DNA of 63,246 nucleotides, filler included, from Craspedostauros australis (GCA_030167865.1; 5 parts of 5 records of this genome joined end to end with filler, not necessarily neighbours in it), one strand, 5' to 3'. Shown: positions 23,473 to 34,871, counted from the first letter of the whole stretch. The notes: generated by a model not told the origin, from the letters alone. Made by a program: numbers and translations.

Positions 23473-24888
23473 ATGAACCACAACATGGATGTTGTCTCCA
23501 CCACCAACAGCGATAATGATCCAGACTTCAAGACTTTCTGGAAACAACTTCATCGAAAAAAGCGATCACCAAAGACCGAGTTCAATGTGCAGAGTCATCC
23601 AAGACGGAAGATCGACTGCTACAGTGTCAAACCCAAGCGGATGGAACACTGGGATATGGCCATCGAAGCAGGATTCACCTTCGCTGACTTGAAATCGATG
23701 AAGCGGCGGCACAAGAACGTTGCTTTATCATCTCGTGTTCTACTCAGCGATTCGTTTCGCAGGGGCTGCGGGTGGATGCGCATTCGATCCCTGAATCTGG
23801 AATTCGGCAGCAATGACCAATTCGGAGAAGCAGACAAGCAAGCGATTCGCTTCATACTTCGATTGGCTGCCAAACACCCACCCAAGTCTTCATCCAACCA
23901 ATTCATCGACTTGCCTCCATGCTTCGCGGAGATGAAGCAGCTCCACGATATCCCTCTTGTGACACACCGCGTGCATTTGTATTCATGTGATCTTGTTGAT
24001 TGCGACACGCTCATGTTCAACATCTCCCAAAACTCCAAATACGTTGAGTTTAACATTTGTAAGCTCGCCAGTGGGGGCGCTGATTTGTGCAGATGGCTTT
24101 CCCCAAACAATTGCAGCGTCACCGAAGTATCCTTTATGGACACCCGAGTCACTTGCGATAGCTTGGCAAAGCTATTCCAGTCAAACAAGCGCATCAACAA
24201 GCTCGAAATCATTTGCTATCGGACCAACGGCGTCCACCAAGACTACGCACAACAAGAAATCGACCAGATCATCAAACTCCTTTCAGATGCATCACACCTG
24301 AAGAAGCTCAGGGTTTTCGGTACTTGGATTGGGTCATCACAACAACAGCAGATGACAACGTTCGACCCATTGATATCGCTCCTGGGAAACAAGAGCTTGT
24401 CATCTCTCAGATACTCTGCCGTTAGTGCTCCTGCCATGTTTGAAGTTCCGCCTGAGATCTTCTCGGCACAAATGGAAGCACTTCAGCAAGCCTTGGAGCA
24501 GACCACCCAACTCACCTATCTCGACATTTGTCCACACCCGCCTGATGAACATGCCCATTGGTACAATGTGCTTGTTGAGCGTAGGTTGCGACAAAATCAT
24601 GGCAACAAGGTGAGAGCAGTGCTGGGTTCCCTTCCGACATGGTCGCGGCCACTGGCCCTGTTTGGGGAGATGCTGATGAGAACAAACAAACATGGGGGTA
24701 TGATGGGTTCCACCAATGAGACTTTCCATCTTCTGCTGCAGGGCAGTGAGATGTTGAAACAGGCGTGGGATGACAAGAGAGCGGATCGACTCGTCCGAGT
24801 TGATGATGCCTCTGCTTGCTGTGTGGAAAAGAAAGACACATCGGTGATTGATGCGATCCTGGATGGCCTTGGAGTACTCTGCTCGTAG
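23473..24888 (+). CDS. Hypothetical protein, probably degenerate RNI-like leucine-rich repeats (471 aa)
   Basis: Uninterrupted ORF with LxxLxL-like segments (IRSLNLE, INKLEII, LKKLRVF, LSSLRY, LTYLDI) and an LRQNH-type C-terminal cap. Confidence 0.65.
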   Translation: MNHNMDVVSTTNSDNDPDFKTFWKQLHRKKRSPKTEFNVQSHPRRKIDCYSVKPKRMEHWDMAIEAGFTFADLKSMKRRHKNVALSSRVLLSDSFRRGCGWMRIRSLNLEFGSNDQFGEADKQAIRFILRLAAKHPPKSSSNQFIDLPPCFAEMKQLHDIPLVTHRVHLYSCDLVDCDTLMFNISQNSKYVEFNICKLASGGADLCRWLSPNNCSVTEVSFMDTRVTCDSLAKLFQSNKRINKLEIICYRTNGVHQDYAQQEIDQIIKLLSDASHLKKLRVFGTWIGSSQQQQMTTFDPLISLLGNKSLSSLRYSAVSAPAMFEVPPEIFSAQMEALQQALEQTTQLTYLDICPHPPDEHAHWYNVLVERRLRQNHGNKVRAVLGSLPTWSRPLALFGEMLMRTNKHGGMMGSTNETFHLLLQGSEMLKQAWDDKRADRLVRVDDASACCVEKKDTSVIDAILDGLGVLCS

Positions 24889-25012
24889 AGTAATTAGAAC
24901 AGCTCATGAAGACAGTATTGATACTCTGGTGCATGTGAGTGTGTTGTTGTGCGAATAGGATGAAACAAGGGAGATGGTTGGGTGATTGGTTGATTGATTG
25001 ATTGGGAGGTGT

Positions 25013-26515
25013 TCACTTGTGATTATGATTATGTCTGCGTGTTGTGTTTGGTGAGAAGTGTGGAATGTCTGGATCGTACGAGCATGGCTGGTCCATCAAC
25101 ACCAAGCGAAAGCCGTCCACAGAACCTATCCGCATCACATCTGTACCACATCGCGATTTCACACCGCTCCACACATTCTCGTATCCTCGGAGCGGCAGCA
25201 TCCAGAAAGATCTTCTTCGCAACTCCCGTCTTGTCCATGATGTCGAAGACAAATCCCGGAACTTGGCCAACGACCCCGATGAGGCCTCCAGGTATCCCAG
25301 CAGACCAGCCTTGACCGTGATGTCCTTGGTGGACGTGATGGTGGACCATCGCTTGTCTTTGTATTCTATCTGCAGGATGTCTTCGAGTCTGTTCCTACCA
25401 TTGGCTTGTTCATCATACTGCACATTGTATTGCCGAATGACGTTGGCCAGACAGCAGACGCCTTGGATGGCCGGATTGGTGCCCTGTGCAAGGAACTGTG
25501 GAATGGCGTGCGCCGCATCACCACAGACAGTCAGGGTGGCGGCCTTGTCTGCGCAGGTGCTTCCATTGCGGTTACCGTTGCAGCTACCGTTGGTAGCCAC
25601 CATCACCTTCGTCCGCCGCGAAAAGGGCTGTGGAAGTAGATCCCCAACTCGAAGAAACGATCGGCCTTGTCGATGAGTCGATCGATGATTAGCCTTGTGG
25701 TGTGCGTGGGGATCTTGGCATCATCGATCTGCTGTCACATCTGTTGCTGGATGCGCTCGGCCTCGGATCATGCCTTCCAAGTGACGTTCTCATCATCCTT
25801 ACTGGCGGCGGGCTTGGAGAAGGGCAAGGCGTTGCGGAAGATGATGAAGCAACCTCTGGTGATGTCACGCTTGATACCAGTACCGTAGTTGTCAGTGAGG
25901 CTGTAGGCGCCGTTGCCACAGTGTTGCTGCAGGATGGAATCTTGTGCGGGTTTGTTCATTTGGTCGCCGCTACGGCTGCCACTGTTACTGTCGCTGTCCT
26001 CGTTGGCGACATCCCGGATGGCGTACCGGATGCGGATACCAGAGTACACAGCTGGAGAATTGCGTTGGCTGTCTGATGGGGACCGCGCATTGTTGTTGAT
26101 GTACTGCTTGACGACGCTGTTGACACCATCACAGCCCACCACCATATCGTACCAGCCCGGCCTTCCTTCGTTCCATCTCCAAACGCAAGATGAATGGCAT
26201 GTCACGCCTCCGTCTTTTCATGTTCCGCATTCGCCACCTGCTTGCGGAGATGCACGGGCGTCGTCTTCAGCTCCTCCAGCAACACCTCCTGCAACACTCC
26301 TCGCATGATGGAGCATGGTGAGCCATGGCTTCACCGTCCTCTTGGATCAGCGCCTTCGTCGTGTCGCCGCCCACATCCATGATCATTTGTCTGAGATTGA
26401 AGTGCAGCAGCTGGAACTCCTTGTTGGATGAGAACCAATTGGTGGTCTTGGATCGCACGGTCGTCAACGGCAGCGCGACATCGGCCACCGCACGCTGCAG
26501 GGACGGAGAGATCTG
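25013..26515 (-). pseudogene. FAD-dependent monooxygenase (UbiH/zeaxanthin-epoxidase-like fold), frameshifted; 5' end lost at the spacer
   Basis: YDMVVGCDGVNSVVK (DG motif, ORF 25768-26205) and TVCGDAAHAIPQFLAQGTNPAIQG (degenerate GD motif, ORF 25013-25606) lie in separate ORFs broken by stops or frameshifts. Confidence 0.75.
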
Positions 26516-26615
26516 NNNNNNNNNNNNNNNNNNNNNNNNNNNNNNNNNNNNNNNNNNNNTTAATTAATTAANNNNNNNNNNNNNNNNNNNNNNNNNNNNN
26601 NNNNNNNNNNNNNNN
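26516..26615. other. Artificial scaffold spacer (N44-TTAATTAATTAA-N44)
   Basis: Exactly 100 bp with a six-frame stop linker. Identical structure occurs four times. Confidence 0.97.
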
Positions 26616-27222
26616 CCCTGGTGGGCTTTTGATGAGTTCAATATAACAGTAGTACAAGCCAACAAACCAGAAGACAAGGACTTGTTCTGCCAACCAAGAA
26701 GACGGTGCTTTTTCCGGACCACCGCAGCAAAGTGTGACGAGAATGAGCAACACCAAAACAATGCCGCAGCGAGGAAATCCCATCTCCACACCCGCAACAA
26801 TGCGGGACTCAGAAATGATCGTTTGCTCTCGTGAACCAACTCGGCATTCTTGTAGTAGTCGTATGAGTCGAACATCTCGAATCGAGTGCGCTCCATCACG
26901 TGTGGCGAACTGGCAACTGGCAGTTTCTTGTCATTTGCGAACAGACTCCGACACAAAAAACGTGATTTTCTCTTTTTCCGACAACTCCCAGGTGTCAAAT
27001 CTGGTCCATCTCCGTCATCGGTGTCGCCAAACATCGTCATTGAGGTTGCCACCAACAGACCTTGACATCATCAACCACAAGTACGAGCATAGTTGATCGA
27101 GAAAGATTGAGAGGTGCATTGGTCGTACCATACTCGTACCATCGCCGTGCAACAAGACGATAATCGATCGAAACAGAATCGCTTATACCATCCCACTGAA
27201 GATTCTCTCAGCCAAGAGCACC

Positions 27223-28299
27223 ATGAAGATGAACGTTTCGAAGCTGAGCATCACTGCGGTGATGCTGATGTCTCTGGCGTCATTCCTCACATTGACAACA
27301 TTTGCGACTGCGAAGAAGGACAGACACGCGCCGCACCCGCATCAGGGGCTGCTGAAGCCGTACCAACCAGGCCCGTTCGATCTGAAGCTCGATTCGTCCG
27401 ACGAGAAGAATCTGCAGGCCGGCAAGGCCGTCATGAAGCAATCGATGCCAAAGCCGGGTGATTTGGGCGGAGGTGCGATCTGCGTGCAAGACGTCGATGC
27501 CCCACGTGAAGCAGTTTGGAGCCAGATTCTGGACTACGACAAGTACAAGGGCAAGGTCGCCAAGGTCAACGAGGCCAAGAACTACTTCGTCAAGCAGAAC
27601 AGGGACGGATCTGCCACCATCAAGACCAAGATGGTGCTGGGTGTCATCCCAGGATACTCTGTAAGTTTCTGATTGATGGCTCAAAGACAAAAGGGAAATG
27701 GCCTTCAAAGCATTGCGGCGTACTCTTCTGCTTTCTGTACGAAACACCCCTGTGATCCTCGTGCTAGGTTGGATCAGTCGAACTGCTGTGCTGCTGCGCC
27801 GGTGCTTCTCCGTCATCACATACATGATTGATGCACAAGCACATTCTATGTTTCCCGCGACGATCGCTTCTCACGTTAAAAACACTTGCACCTCTCTTGC
27901 ATATGCTTCCCCCTCATGCGGCATAAATATCTCCCAATGCAATGCATCCAACACAAACCCCCAACATGACGTTGACAGTACACCGCCTTCTATGACCACA
28001 CCCTGCACCCGTCCAAGAATTCAGTCGTGTGGACGTTGGACTACGATAAGACCAGCGACTTCGACGACGTCGCTGGACACTGGCACGTCGAGGACCACCC
28101 CTCCAAGCCAGGATGTACACGTCTCTTCTACGCCTGCGACATCAAGTTGGCCGGTGCCGTGCCCAAGCCCATTGTCAACATCTTGAGCAAGTCGGCTCTC
28201 AAGACAGCCACGAGCTGGGTCAAGAAGAACAGCGAGAAGATGCCCAGCCTCAAGGTGCCACGCGCCTTTCAAACACCAAAATTCGGTTTCTCTGGTTGA
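27223..28299 (+). CDS. Signal-peptide protein with START/SRPBCC (polyketide cyclase-like) domain; exons 27223-27660 and 27979-28299 (252 aa)
   Basis: Hydrophobic N-terminus and VDAPREAVWSQILDYDKY. The intron gtaagt(27661)...gacag(27978) joins in frame to YTAFYDH...WTLDYDKTSDFDDVAGHWHV...VPKPIVNIL. Confidence 0.85.
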
Positions 28300-28962
28300 A
28301 AAATCAAGCAGGGAAGATGTAACGTGAAAGGAGAGAAGGAAGCTATTGCTGGAAGCCGTTGCAGGTAGGAAGCAGAGCAGCATAACATCTGACAACGCCA
28401 TGAAACGCCACACGATGTGCAGTTGGTATTAAGCTGAGTCTGTTAGAATACTCTATTTGCTTCCATACAGTCAGGACTGTTCAATCCTCCTCTCCGTGTT
28501 CCTCGTATTGCATTGCCGACTTCATTTGATCTTATTATTTGACACATACGAGTGCTCATGGAAGCGTCCTCGTAGACGTGAGCCATGGCAACCAGCATGG
28601 CTGCAGTTGCGAGCAAGTTCCCCCGGAAGTCAATGCATCAACAACCAGAATGCAGGTCTATGATGCTTTATCCTATTGGTACTCCTGGTTGTCCTCCTTG
28701 ATTATGTCTGATTCGCTGTTGCTTTGCTTTTCCGTAGCTCCATCTTCAAGTCGAATCCCAACACGTGACATGATGCCCCTTTGATGTTTCATCTTTGGCA
28801 CACCGTTGTGCAAGTGTGCTGTTCGTCGTCGCACCCATGTGCGAGGAGCTGCATTCATGTCGGTTGCCTGGATTCACACTCCAATAGGTGCCCTCCATTC
28901 ATTCAGTCGCTGCCTTCGCTCTCAATCACATACTGCTCTCCTTCGCTCATTCAATAGCACGA

Positions 28963-30648
28963 TCACAATCCGATCATCTTCAATGGACTCTCGAAGAAGT
29001 ACGGATGCAGCAGAACTTGCGCCATACGTGGCCGCCGCTGCGGATTGCGGTCGAGACATTTGGAGATGAGGTCCTTGAGCTTGGCGTCGCAATCCAACTC
29101 ATCGACGGGCACGCCCACGTTGGAATCCCGCAGATACTTGGTGATCTGCGCCGGATTCTGCCCATCAAAGTAACCACGTCCCGCCGCGATCTCCCAGAAG
29201 AACATGCCCAACGACCACACGTCGTACGAGTAATCGAGCTTGAAGTAGGGCCCGTCGCCGGCCAGAAATGCCGTCGCGAATTCGGGCGGACACGCTTCGG
29301 GCGAGTAATCGACGGGACTGTCGCCTGCCGGCATGGCGGATTCGAGATCGATGCCCTTGACTTCGCCGTTGGACATGACGACGAAGTTCTCCGTCTTGAG
29401 GTCCGTCCACACCAACCCCGCACTGTGCAATGCCTGCACGCACTGCGCCGCGGCCAGCGTGGCACCGCGCAACTCCTCGCCGTAGACGCGGCCGCCCTTC
29501 TGATCGAGGTAGGATTTGAGATCACGTGCTCCCATTTCCAGGACGAGGGCGCATTGATTGCGAAATCGGTTGCCGTATCCCGCGACGGGGAAGAAGTCGT
29601 AGCACTGCACGAAGCGTCCCGTGGCGAAACCGAGGAATCCAATTCGCTTGTAATTTTCGAATTCGCGTGTGACGGCCTCGAGGTTGGAAGAGGTCTTGAT
29701 GCAGACTGCCGGTTCGGGGGCCGGCAGACCGCCGTTGTTGGGATCGGAGCGGAAGGCTTCCCAGATTTTGGATTTGCCGGATGTGCTGCGCACGGGCGAT
29801 CCGGCCAGCAGGTATTCGTCGTCGAGGCCGATGGTCTCCGTCGTGAGCTGGTACTGATCGATGGCCTGCTTCCACGGATCGTTGTCGCGTTCCTTTGGCT
29901 GCGCTTGGAACGGCAGCTGCGCATTGAACGGGAGGGAGTATCCGTTGCGCTGACCCGGCTCCTCCTGCTGCGACACGGTCATCGGCGTGAGGAGACGGTA
30001 CTTGGATCCGGACGCCGTCTCCACGACCACCTGCGATCGCGCTGTTTCGGGTGCCACGAGCGGTGACGTCGTGATGATATCGCCATCCGATATCTGCGGG
30101 TGGTTGGCCACCGTGCCCACGACGCTGCCGTTGGGCAGCAGCCTCCATCGATCCAGCTGCGGAACGGACAGGAAGAGCTGCGACAAGGTGGCTCGGATGG
30201 TCTCGGCGCGTAACCGCAGCGTCGATGGTCGGTGATGTCCGTGTCTGCCGGTCACAGAGATGCCCGATCCCGCAGCACCACTGCTGATGGGACTCGCTGG
30301 TGTGCACGGTGCCGTCGGTCGGACTGGTAATTGGTTCGTGAACGCGTGCGCAAAGAAGCTGCTGCTGCTGCTACTGCGACGTTGCAGATCTTGATGTTGC
30401 TGCTGATTGTACTGTTGGCGGTGCTCTGATGGCTGCTGTGGATGGTGTGCTGAATTGCTGCTTCTGATGCCTGCGAAAGTGGGAACAAACATGAGCGAGG
30501 ACCTCCCTGAGCTGGCAATCAAAGACACCAGCGCGATCATCCAAGTGCACGTAAACGCTCTCAGCTTCTTGGACATGAAGACTGTGGGCGTTCTGCGCGT
30601 CGTCGCAAGTGCCGACATCGATGGCCGTTGCCGCACCATCGTTGCCAT
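28963..30648 (-). CDS. Ser/Thr protein kinase with long N-terminal extension (start uncertain)
   Basis: AVCIK, REFENY, LVWTDLKTENFV, GIDLES, YSPEACPPE, YDVWSLGM and PQRRP...LLHPYF. Confidence 0.9.
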   Translation of the reverse strand: MATMVRQRPSMSALATTRRTPTVFMSKKLRAFTCTWMIALVSLIASSGRSSLMFVPTFAGIRSSNSAHHPQQPSEHRQQYNQQQHQDLQRRSSSSSSFFAHAFTNQLPVRPTAPCTPASPISSGAAGSGISVTGRHGHHRPSTLRLRAETIRATLSQLFLSVPQLDRWRLLPNGSVVGTVANHPQISDGDIITTSPLVAPETARSQVVVETASGSKYRLLTPMTVSQQEEPGQRNGYSLPFNAQLPFQAQPKERDNDPWKQAIDQYQLTTETIGLDDEYLLAGSPVRSTSGKSKIWEAFRSDPNNGGLPAPEPAVCIKTSSNLEAVTREFENYKRIGFLGFATGRFVQCYDFFPVAGYGNRFRNQCALVLEMGARDLKSYLDQKGGRVYGEELRGATLAAAQCVQALHSAGLVWTDLKTENFVVMSNGEVKGIDLESAMPAGDSPVDYSPEACPPEFATAFLAGDGPYFKLDYSYDVWSLGMFFWEIAAGRGYFDGQNPAQITKYLRDSNVGVPVDELDCDAKLKDLISKCLDRNPQRRPRMAQVLLHPYFFESPLKMIGL

Positions 30649-31446
30649 TCTCGTGAAGGAGGCGTTGCAGGTGTCCTCAGTCGTCGCAGTGGCTAATGCT
30701 CAATGGATTCTCAATGGATTCTCAATGAATGAGAAGTGATGGTTTTCGTGAGATTCAGCGGAGGCAGGAAGAATAGAATGGAATGTTGATTGGCGTTTGA
30801 TTGCTCTCTCTCTCTCTCTCTGTCGAGCGGAGTCCGCTACTCCACTCCACGCTATTGCACTTCGACGTCTCTCAAGGATTGATCGTCCTTGATCGGAGTC
30901 AACCACAATGCTGTCTGTCTCTCTTGAGCGATCGTTGTTGCTGATGTGCTCTCGTCTCGAGGATCGTCAGCCTTCCGATCGAAGTTGCTCTTTGCCTTCG
31001 GCTCTGTCTGAGTGGATACAGTGTTTCCGTTTGCAAAAGTCGCCAATTGTCACATCAGCAAATCACCACGACAGATTCATTCTTCGGCAGATGCTCGTGT
31101 CAACACGCTACTATACCAACGCCAACAGCAACGCGACAAAACACACATCAAGTCAACCGATGGAGATGGCGATCGTCAATCGTCGCTGATTTTTGTGCGT
31201 GGTGATGGCTTCCTGACGAGATCCGATCTGTGACGTCAGGGATTGCGAACTCTGTTGATTGACTTCATTCGTGCGAACGAAATAGCTTGATACTAGTCGT
31301 GTGTATTCGTGAATGAGAACGCTGCTATTTGGGAACTCCTCACACGAATGCTGTGAAGATAGCGGCAGAGACACCTAGAAAGCAGCTTACTTTAGTCAAC
31401 GTCTCCAAACCCATGTTGTACTACATCCCATTTGTATCTTCAGCTC

Positions 31447-32820
31447 TTAATCCTTCATTTCATCGCCATCCCCGTCACCATCGCCAGCCTTGCTTTCTTC
31501 GCTTCCTTCCGTTGCCTTCTCCTCCTTCACTGAAGCCAAGACCGCCGCAAGGAACGCTTCGATGGGATTGTTGCTCTCCACAAGCACGCGCTGGCCAGCC
31601 GATGCGTCGAGTTGGAAGTTGGCGAGGACCGAATGGTATCCATCCAGACTGCCGTTGTCATCGGGCATGAGCGCCGCCGTCAATGAACGCAGAGTCGATT
31701 GCATTTGGGGACTTCGCAGGTTCTCCTCCAAATGTGTCGCCGAGCGTTGGCCTTCTGGAAGCTGTTCCATCAAGCGATTTCGCACACTGTCCTGCGCCAG
31801 CAGGTCAGTGATGGCCTGCGGTGTCACAACTTCCTGCAGCCCGACTGGTCTTCGTTGCTGCTGGTGCTGTGCGGCTTGTTGTTGCAGACCGGCCATGGCT
31901 CCCTGGAGATCGGCGAGGGTCAGCACGCCAGCACCGCTTGGAGCTGATGCTGGCACAGCCACGGCTGTTGCGGTTGTCGTCGTTGTTGCTGCATCCGATG
32001 CAGTTGCAGTACCCGCTGCTGAACCTTCAGTCTCTCCTCCCTGAGGCATTCCCAGGTTCTCAAGGATGCTGGAAAGCGCATCCACCTGCTGCGTGGTCGC
32101 AGTTGCCGATGCCGACGCTGCTGTTGGTGCGGGGCTAGCACTGGTACCGGAAGAATCGGCGCCTGTTGTGGCGGTGTCTGCACCAGCACCTGCACTTCTA
32201 CTTGCATTCGCAGTGGCAGTCGCACCTGCGTTACTGCTACTGCTGCGAGTTGCAACTCCCTGCTCAGCCGATTCCGACTCGGCAGGCTTCGTTGGGTGCT
32301 TGAGGATGTCATTGATCTTCCCCACAAGCCCCTCTTCGATCTCCCGGTCTTGCAGCCACAACATCTTCCATTCGTTGTCCAACTTCCAGTAGTACACCTC
32401 GCGGCATGGGTTGTCGTCATCCTCGATGGTGCGGGTGTTGGTCCTATCATTCGCCATTGGGACTGCATCTACGTCTGCATCATCCATCGGGTCCGCCTCT
32501 GGTTCCTGCAGCGATGAAACGTTGGTCACCTTCTTGAGGGCGACAGGCGATGTGATGCGGATGGTGTCGGACACGGCCTTCTCGCGTCGATCGTACCACT
32601 CCCACAGCAGCGCATCCTCGCTGTTGTACCGTAGCTGCACCTTGGCACGGCGTGTGTCCGGAACGCACCAGTACTTTCCGTTCTCCTGCTGCGTCATCTC
32701 CATCTTTCCCGCCTTGAAGGAGATCAGAGGCTGGGGCTCCTGTCTCGCGGAGGCTCCTCTTGGGCCTCCCATGGCAGCGGCCCCTCCACCTCCCAACGCG
32801 TCAAACAGTTCCGAGTACAT
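31447..32820 (-). CDS. RPN13: Proteasomal ubiquitin receptor Rpn13/ADRM1
   Basis: N-terminal Pru domain (LISFKAGKM...PDTRRAKV...LWEWYDR...LWLQD). Ala/Ser/Thr linker. C-terminal UCH37-binding region (LMEQLPEG...LRSPQMQSTLRSLTAAL...IEAFL). Confidence 0.9.
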   Translation of the reverse strand: MYSELFDALGGGGAAAMGGPRGASARQEPQPLISFKAGKMEMTQQENGKYWCVPDTRRAKVQLRYNSEDALLWEWYDRREKAVSDTIRITSPVALKKVTNVSSLQEPEADPMDDADVDAVPMANDRTNTRTIEDDDNPCREVYYWKLDNEWKMLWLQDREIEEGLVGKINDILKHPTKPAESESAEQGVATRSSSSNAGATATANASRSAGAGADTATTGADSSGTSASPAPTAASASATATTQQVDALSSILENLGMPQGGETEGSAAGTATASDAATTTTTATAVAVPASAPSGAGVLTLADLQGAMAGLQQQAAQHQQQRRPVGLQEVVTPQAITDLLAQDSVRNRLMEQLPEGQRSATHLEENLRSPQMQSTLRSLTAALMPDDNGSLDGYHSVLANFQLDASAGQRVLVESNNPIEAFLAAVLASVKEEKATEGSEESKAGDGDGDGDEMKD

Positions 32821-33377
32821 CCTTGCGTGTATGGTTTGTTTGTATTTGTGTTTTGCGTGTGTTGGTACACTCTCTTGTATTGGAGTTGTGCGTGAGACAG
32901 AGATGGCACTCCTTCAGGTGAGATTTGTGTTGATGGGGTCTCCATCCAAGTGGCGTGTGGCGAATGTTGTGTCGGGGGCCTTCGGCTCCTCTTGTTGTTG
33001 CGAACTTTGGAGTGAAGGATTTCACGGGAAAGGATCTCTTCGAGTCATGAATCTTCCGAAGACATCCACGATGTTCGTGAGATCGTGAGATTCGTCTCTT
33101 CGGGCCATGGCGCTGGACAACGAAGAGAACTACTACTATACTTCCTCTGCCACTATGCTCGATGCTGGAACACTCCATGTTTCATCCAACTAATACGCAC
33201 TAATATGTAATTCCTATTGTATGATATGATGAAACTGCATGTTCCAGATTGGTTGTGATGGGAACGGGAGAACTGCGTTTGGAACTCGCCCAAAGATGGA
33301 ATGAACGCATTTGTTCCGCCACCTCACACGCCAAGAGAGAGAGAGAGAGAGGAGACCAGTCATCCTCATCTTCGCGT

Positions 33378-34871
33378 TTAATACTCAAAGTGGCGCGTTT
33401 CCCCGAACGTCCCGTCGACGGTGACTTGCGTGAAGAAGTCGGTGTTCATGCCATCGTACATGCGGTACGTATGATGCGGGTAGGTGTAATCCTCGTAGGT
33501 CTCACCCGGTTGCAGGATGGCGATGGGTACCTCGTGCTCGTCGTCTTGGTACCACGAGACGATGGTCTCCTTGGTCTTGGCGGTGAATGTGACCGTCACG
33601 AAGATGCCTTGGGGCAGATCGACGCCGGTGAGGATGGCCTCCATGCATTGGGCGATCATGTCGTACTCATCAGGCTCAAAGTCCGGAATCTGGAAGAGGG
33701 AGACGGGAGAATTCTCCTCCAACCGTTGCTGGGTGGACGCGCGCGGAATCACGGACATGTCGTGCTGCGTGAACCACTTGAGGATGAGCTGGGCCGGCGT
33801 GATTGTCACACCAGCGGCGCTGTCATCGTCGTTGCCACCATGGCGCTTGGAGATACCATGCGCGATGTGCAGCAGATGATGGTAGGCATGTGGCACGGAG
33901 TGCTCCATCCTGTCGGGATCGCCTACCGGCAGGGCCTGGAAGATGTTGTAGAGCTGGATGTGGACGTTGTGCTGTTCGCACATGGCCACCATGACGGGAT
34001 CGTGCAGCGTGGTGTGGATGTTCATCTGGAAGATGTGCGGCGGGATCCTGGCCATTTGGAGGAGCTCGATGAAGTCGTTGCGCAGGAAGTTGGAGATGCC
34101 GATGGATGCGATCTTCGGTGAGGTGCTGGCGGTGCGCCGCTCCTCCTCCTGCTCGAGGTACAGATCCTCGAGGGCCTGCCAGCTCTCCTTCCACGCCGTG
34201 TCCTTCCTGCGGTGCGGTGCGGCACCGGCCTGCTGGACGTGCTGTGGCAGGTCCTCCTCCTCCTGCTCGCAATCCATCCAGCCGATGCTCTCGTAGCACT
34301 TGGGCCAGTGCAGGAGGACGTGGACCTTGAGGTCGATGTGCGGGTCATCGTAGGCCGCCTGCAGGGCTTCGAGCGATTCCTTGACGGACACCTTGGTGCG
34401 GTCGTATCCGAGATGCGTGTACCACACCTTGGTGATGACATGGACCTCCACGCGGTCCTGCGCCGATGACGATGCCTCACCGATGACGATGCCATTGCCG
34501 ATGTGGATCTCGTTGTCGATGCTGTGATGGGACGTGTCGAACATGCGCACGCTGTGCTTGCCCTTGAGGCCTTCTCGCACGGTGCTCTCCATTTTGGAGG
34601 TGGCGAGGTTGCCGATGCCAGCGCCAATCAAGGGCAGACGCACGTCGTTGCTGAGCGTGACGGACGGGAAGTCATCGATGACGATGAGGCTGTCGAGACG
34701 TTCGAGATGCAGCCGGTGCGCCGTCGTGTTGTTGTTGTTGTTGCCGCGCTGCTTGGCGGCGTCGCCTTTCTTCCCGTCGCGACGCAGGATCGTGTTGAGG
34801 AAACCGCCATGGGCGGCGGCGCAGCAGAGGCACAAGACCACGATGAAGAGGGAGGTTTGGTTTGGCATCAT
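33378..34871 (-). CDS. Aldo/keto reductase family protein with signal peptide and C-terminal VHL-beta-like domain
   Basis: TLSNDVRLPLIGAG, FDTS, VITKVW, LLHWP, SWQALEDLY, SIGISNF, ITPAQLILKW and VIPRASTQQRLEEN. Confidence 0.88.
   Translation of the reverse strand: MMPNQTSLFIVVLCLCCAAAHGGFLNTILRRDGKKGDAAKQRGNNNNNTTAHRLHLERLDSLIVIDDFPSVTLSNDVRLPLIGAGIGNLATSKMESTVREGLKGKHSVRMFDTSHHSIDNEIHIGNGIVIGEASSSAQDRVEVHVITKVWYTHLGYDRTKVSVKESLEALQAAYDDPHIDLKVHVLLHWPKCYESIGWMDCEQEEEDLPQHVQQAGAAPHRRKDTAWKESWQALEDLYLEQEEERRTASTSPKIASIGISNFLRNDFIELLQMARIPPHIFQMNIHTTLHDPVMVAMCEQHNVHIQLYNIFQALPVGDPDRMEHSVPHAYHHLLHIAHGISKRHGGNDDDSAAGVTITPAQLILKWFTQHDMSVIPRASTQQRLEENSPVSLFQIPDFEPDEYDMIAQCMEAILTGVDLPQGIFVTVTFTAKTKETIVSWYQDDEHEVPIAILQPGETYEDYTYPHHTYRMYDGMNTDFFTQVTVDGTFGETRHFEY

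Noticed and set aside
26560..26571. TTAATTAATTAA as a biological motif (e.g. piggyBac target)
   Set aside because: Always centred in N-runs of fixed length; it is an assembly linker.
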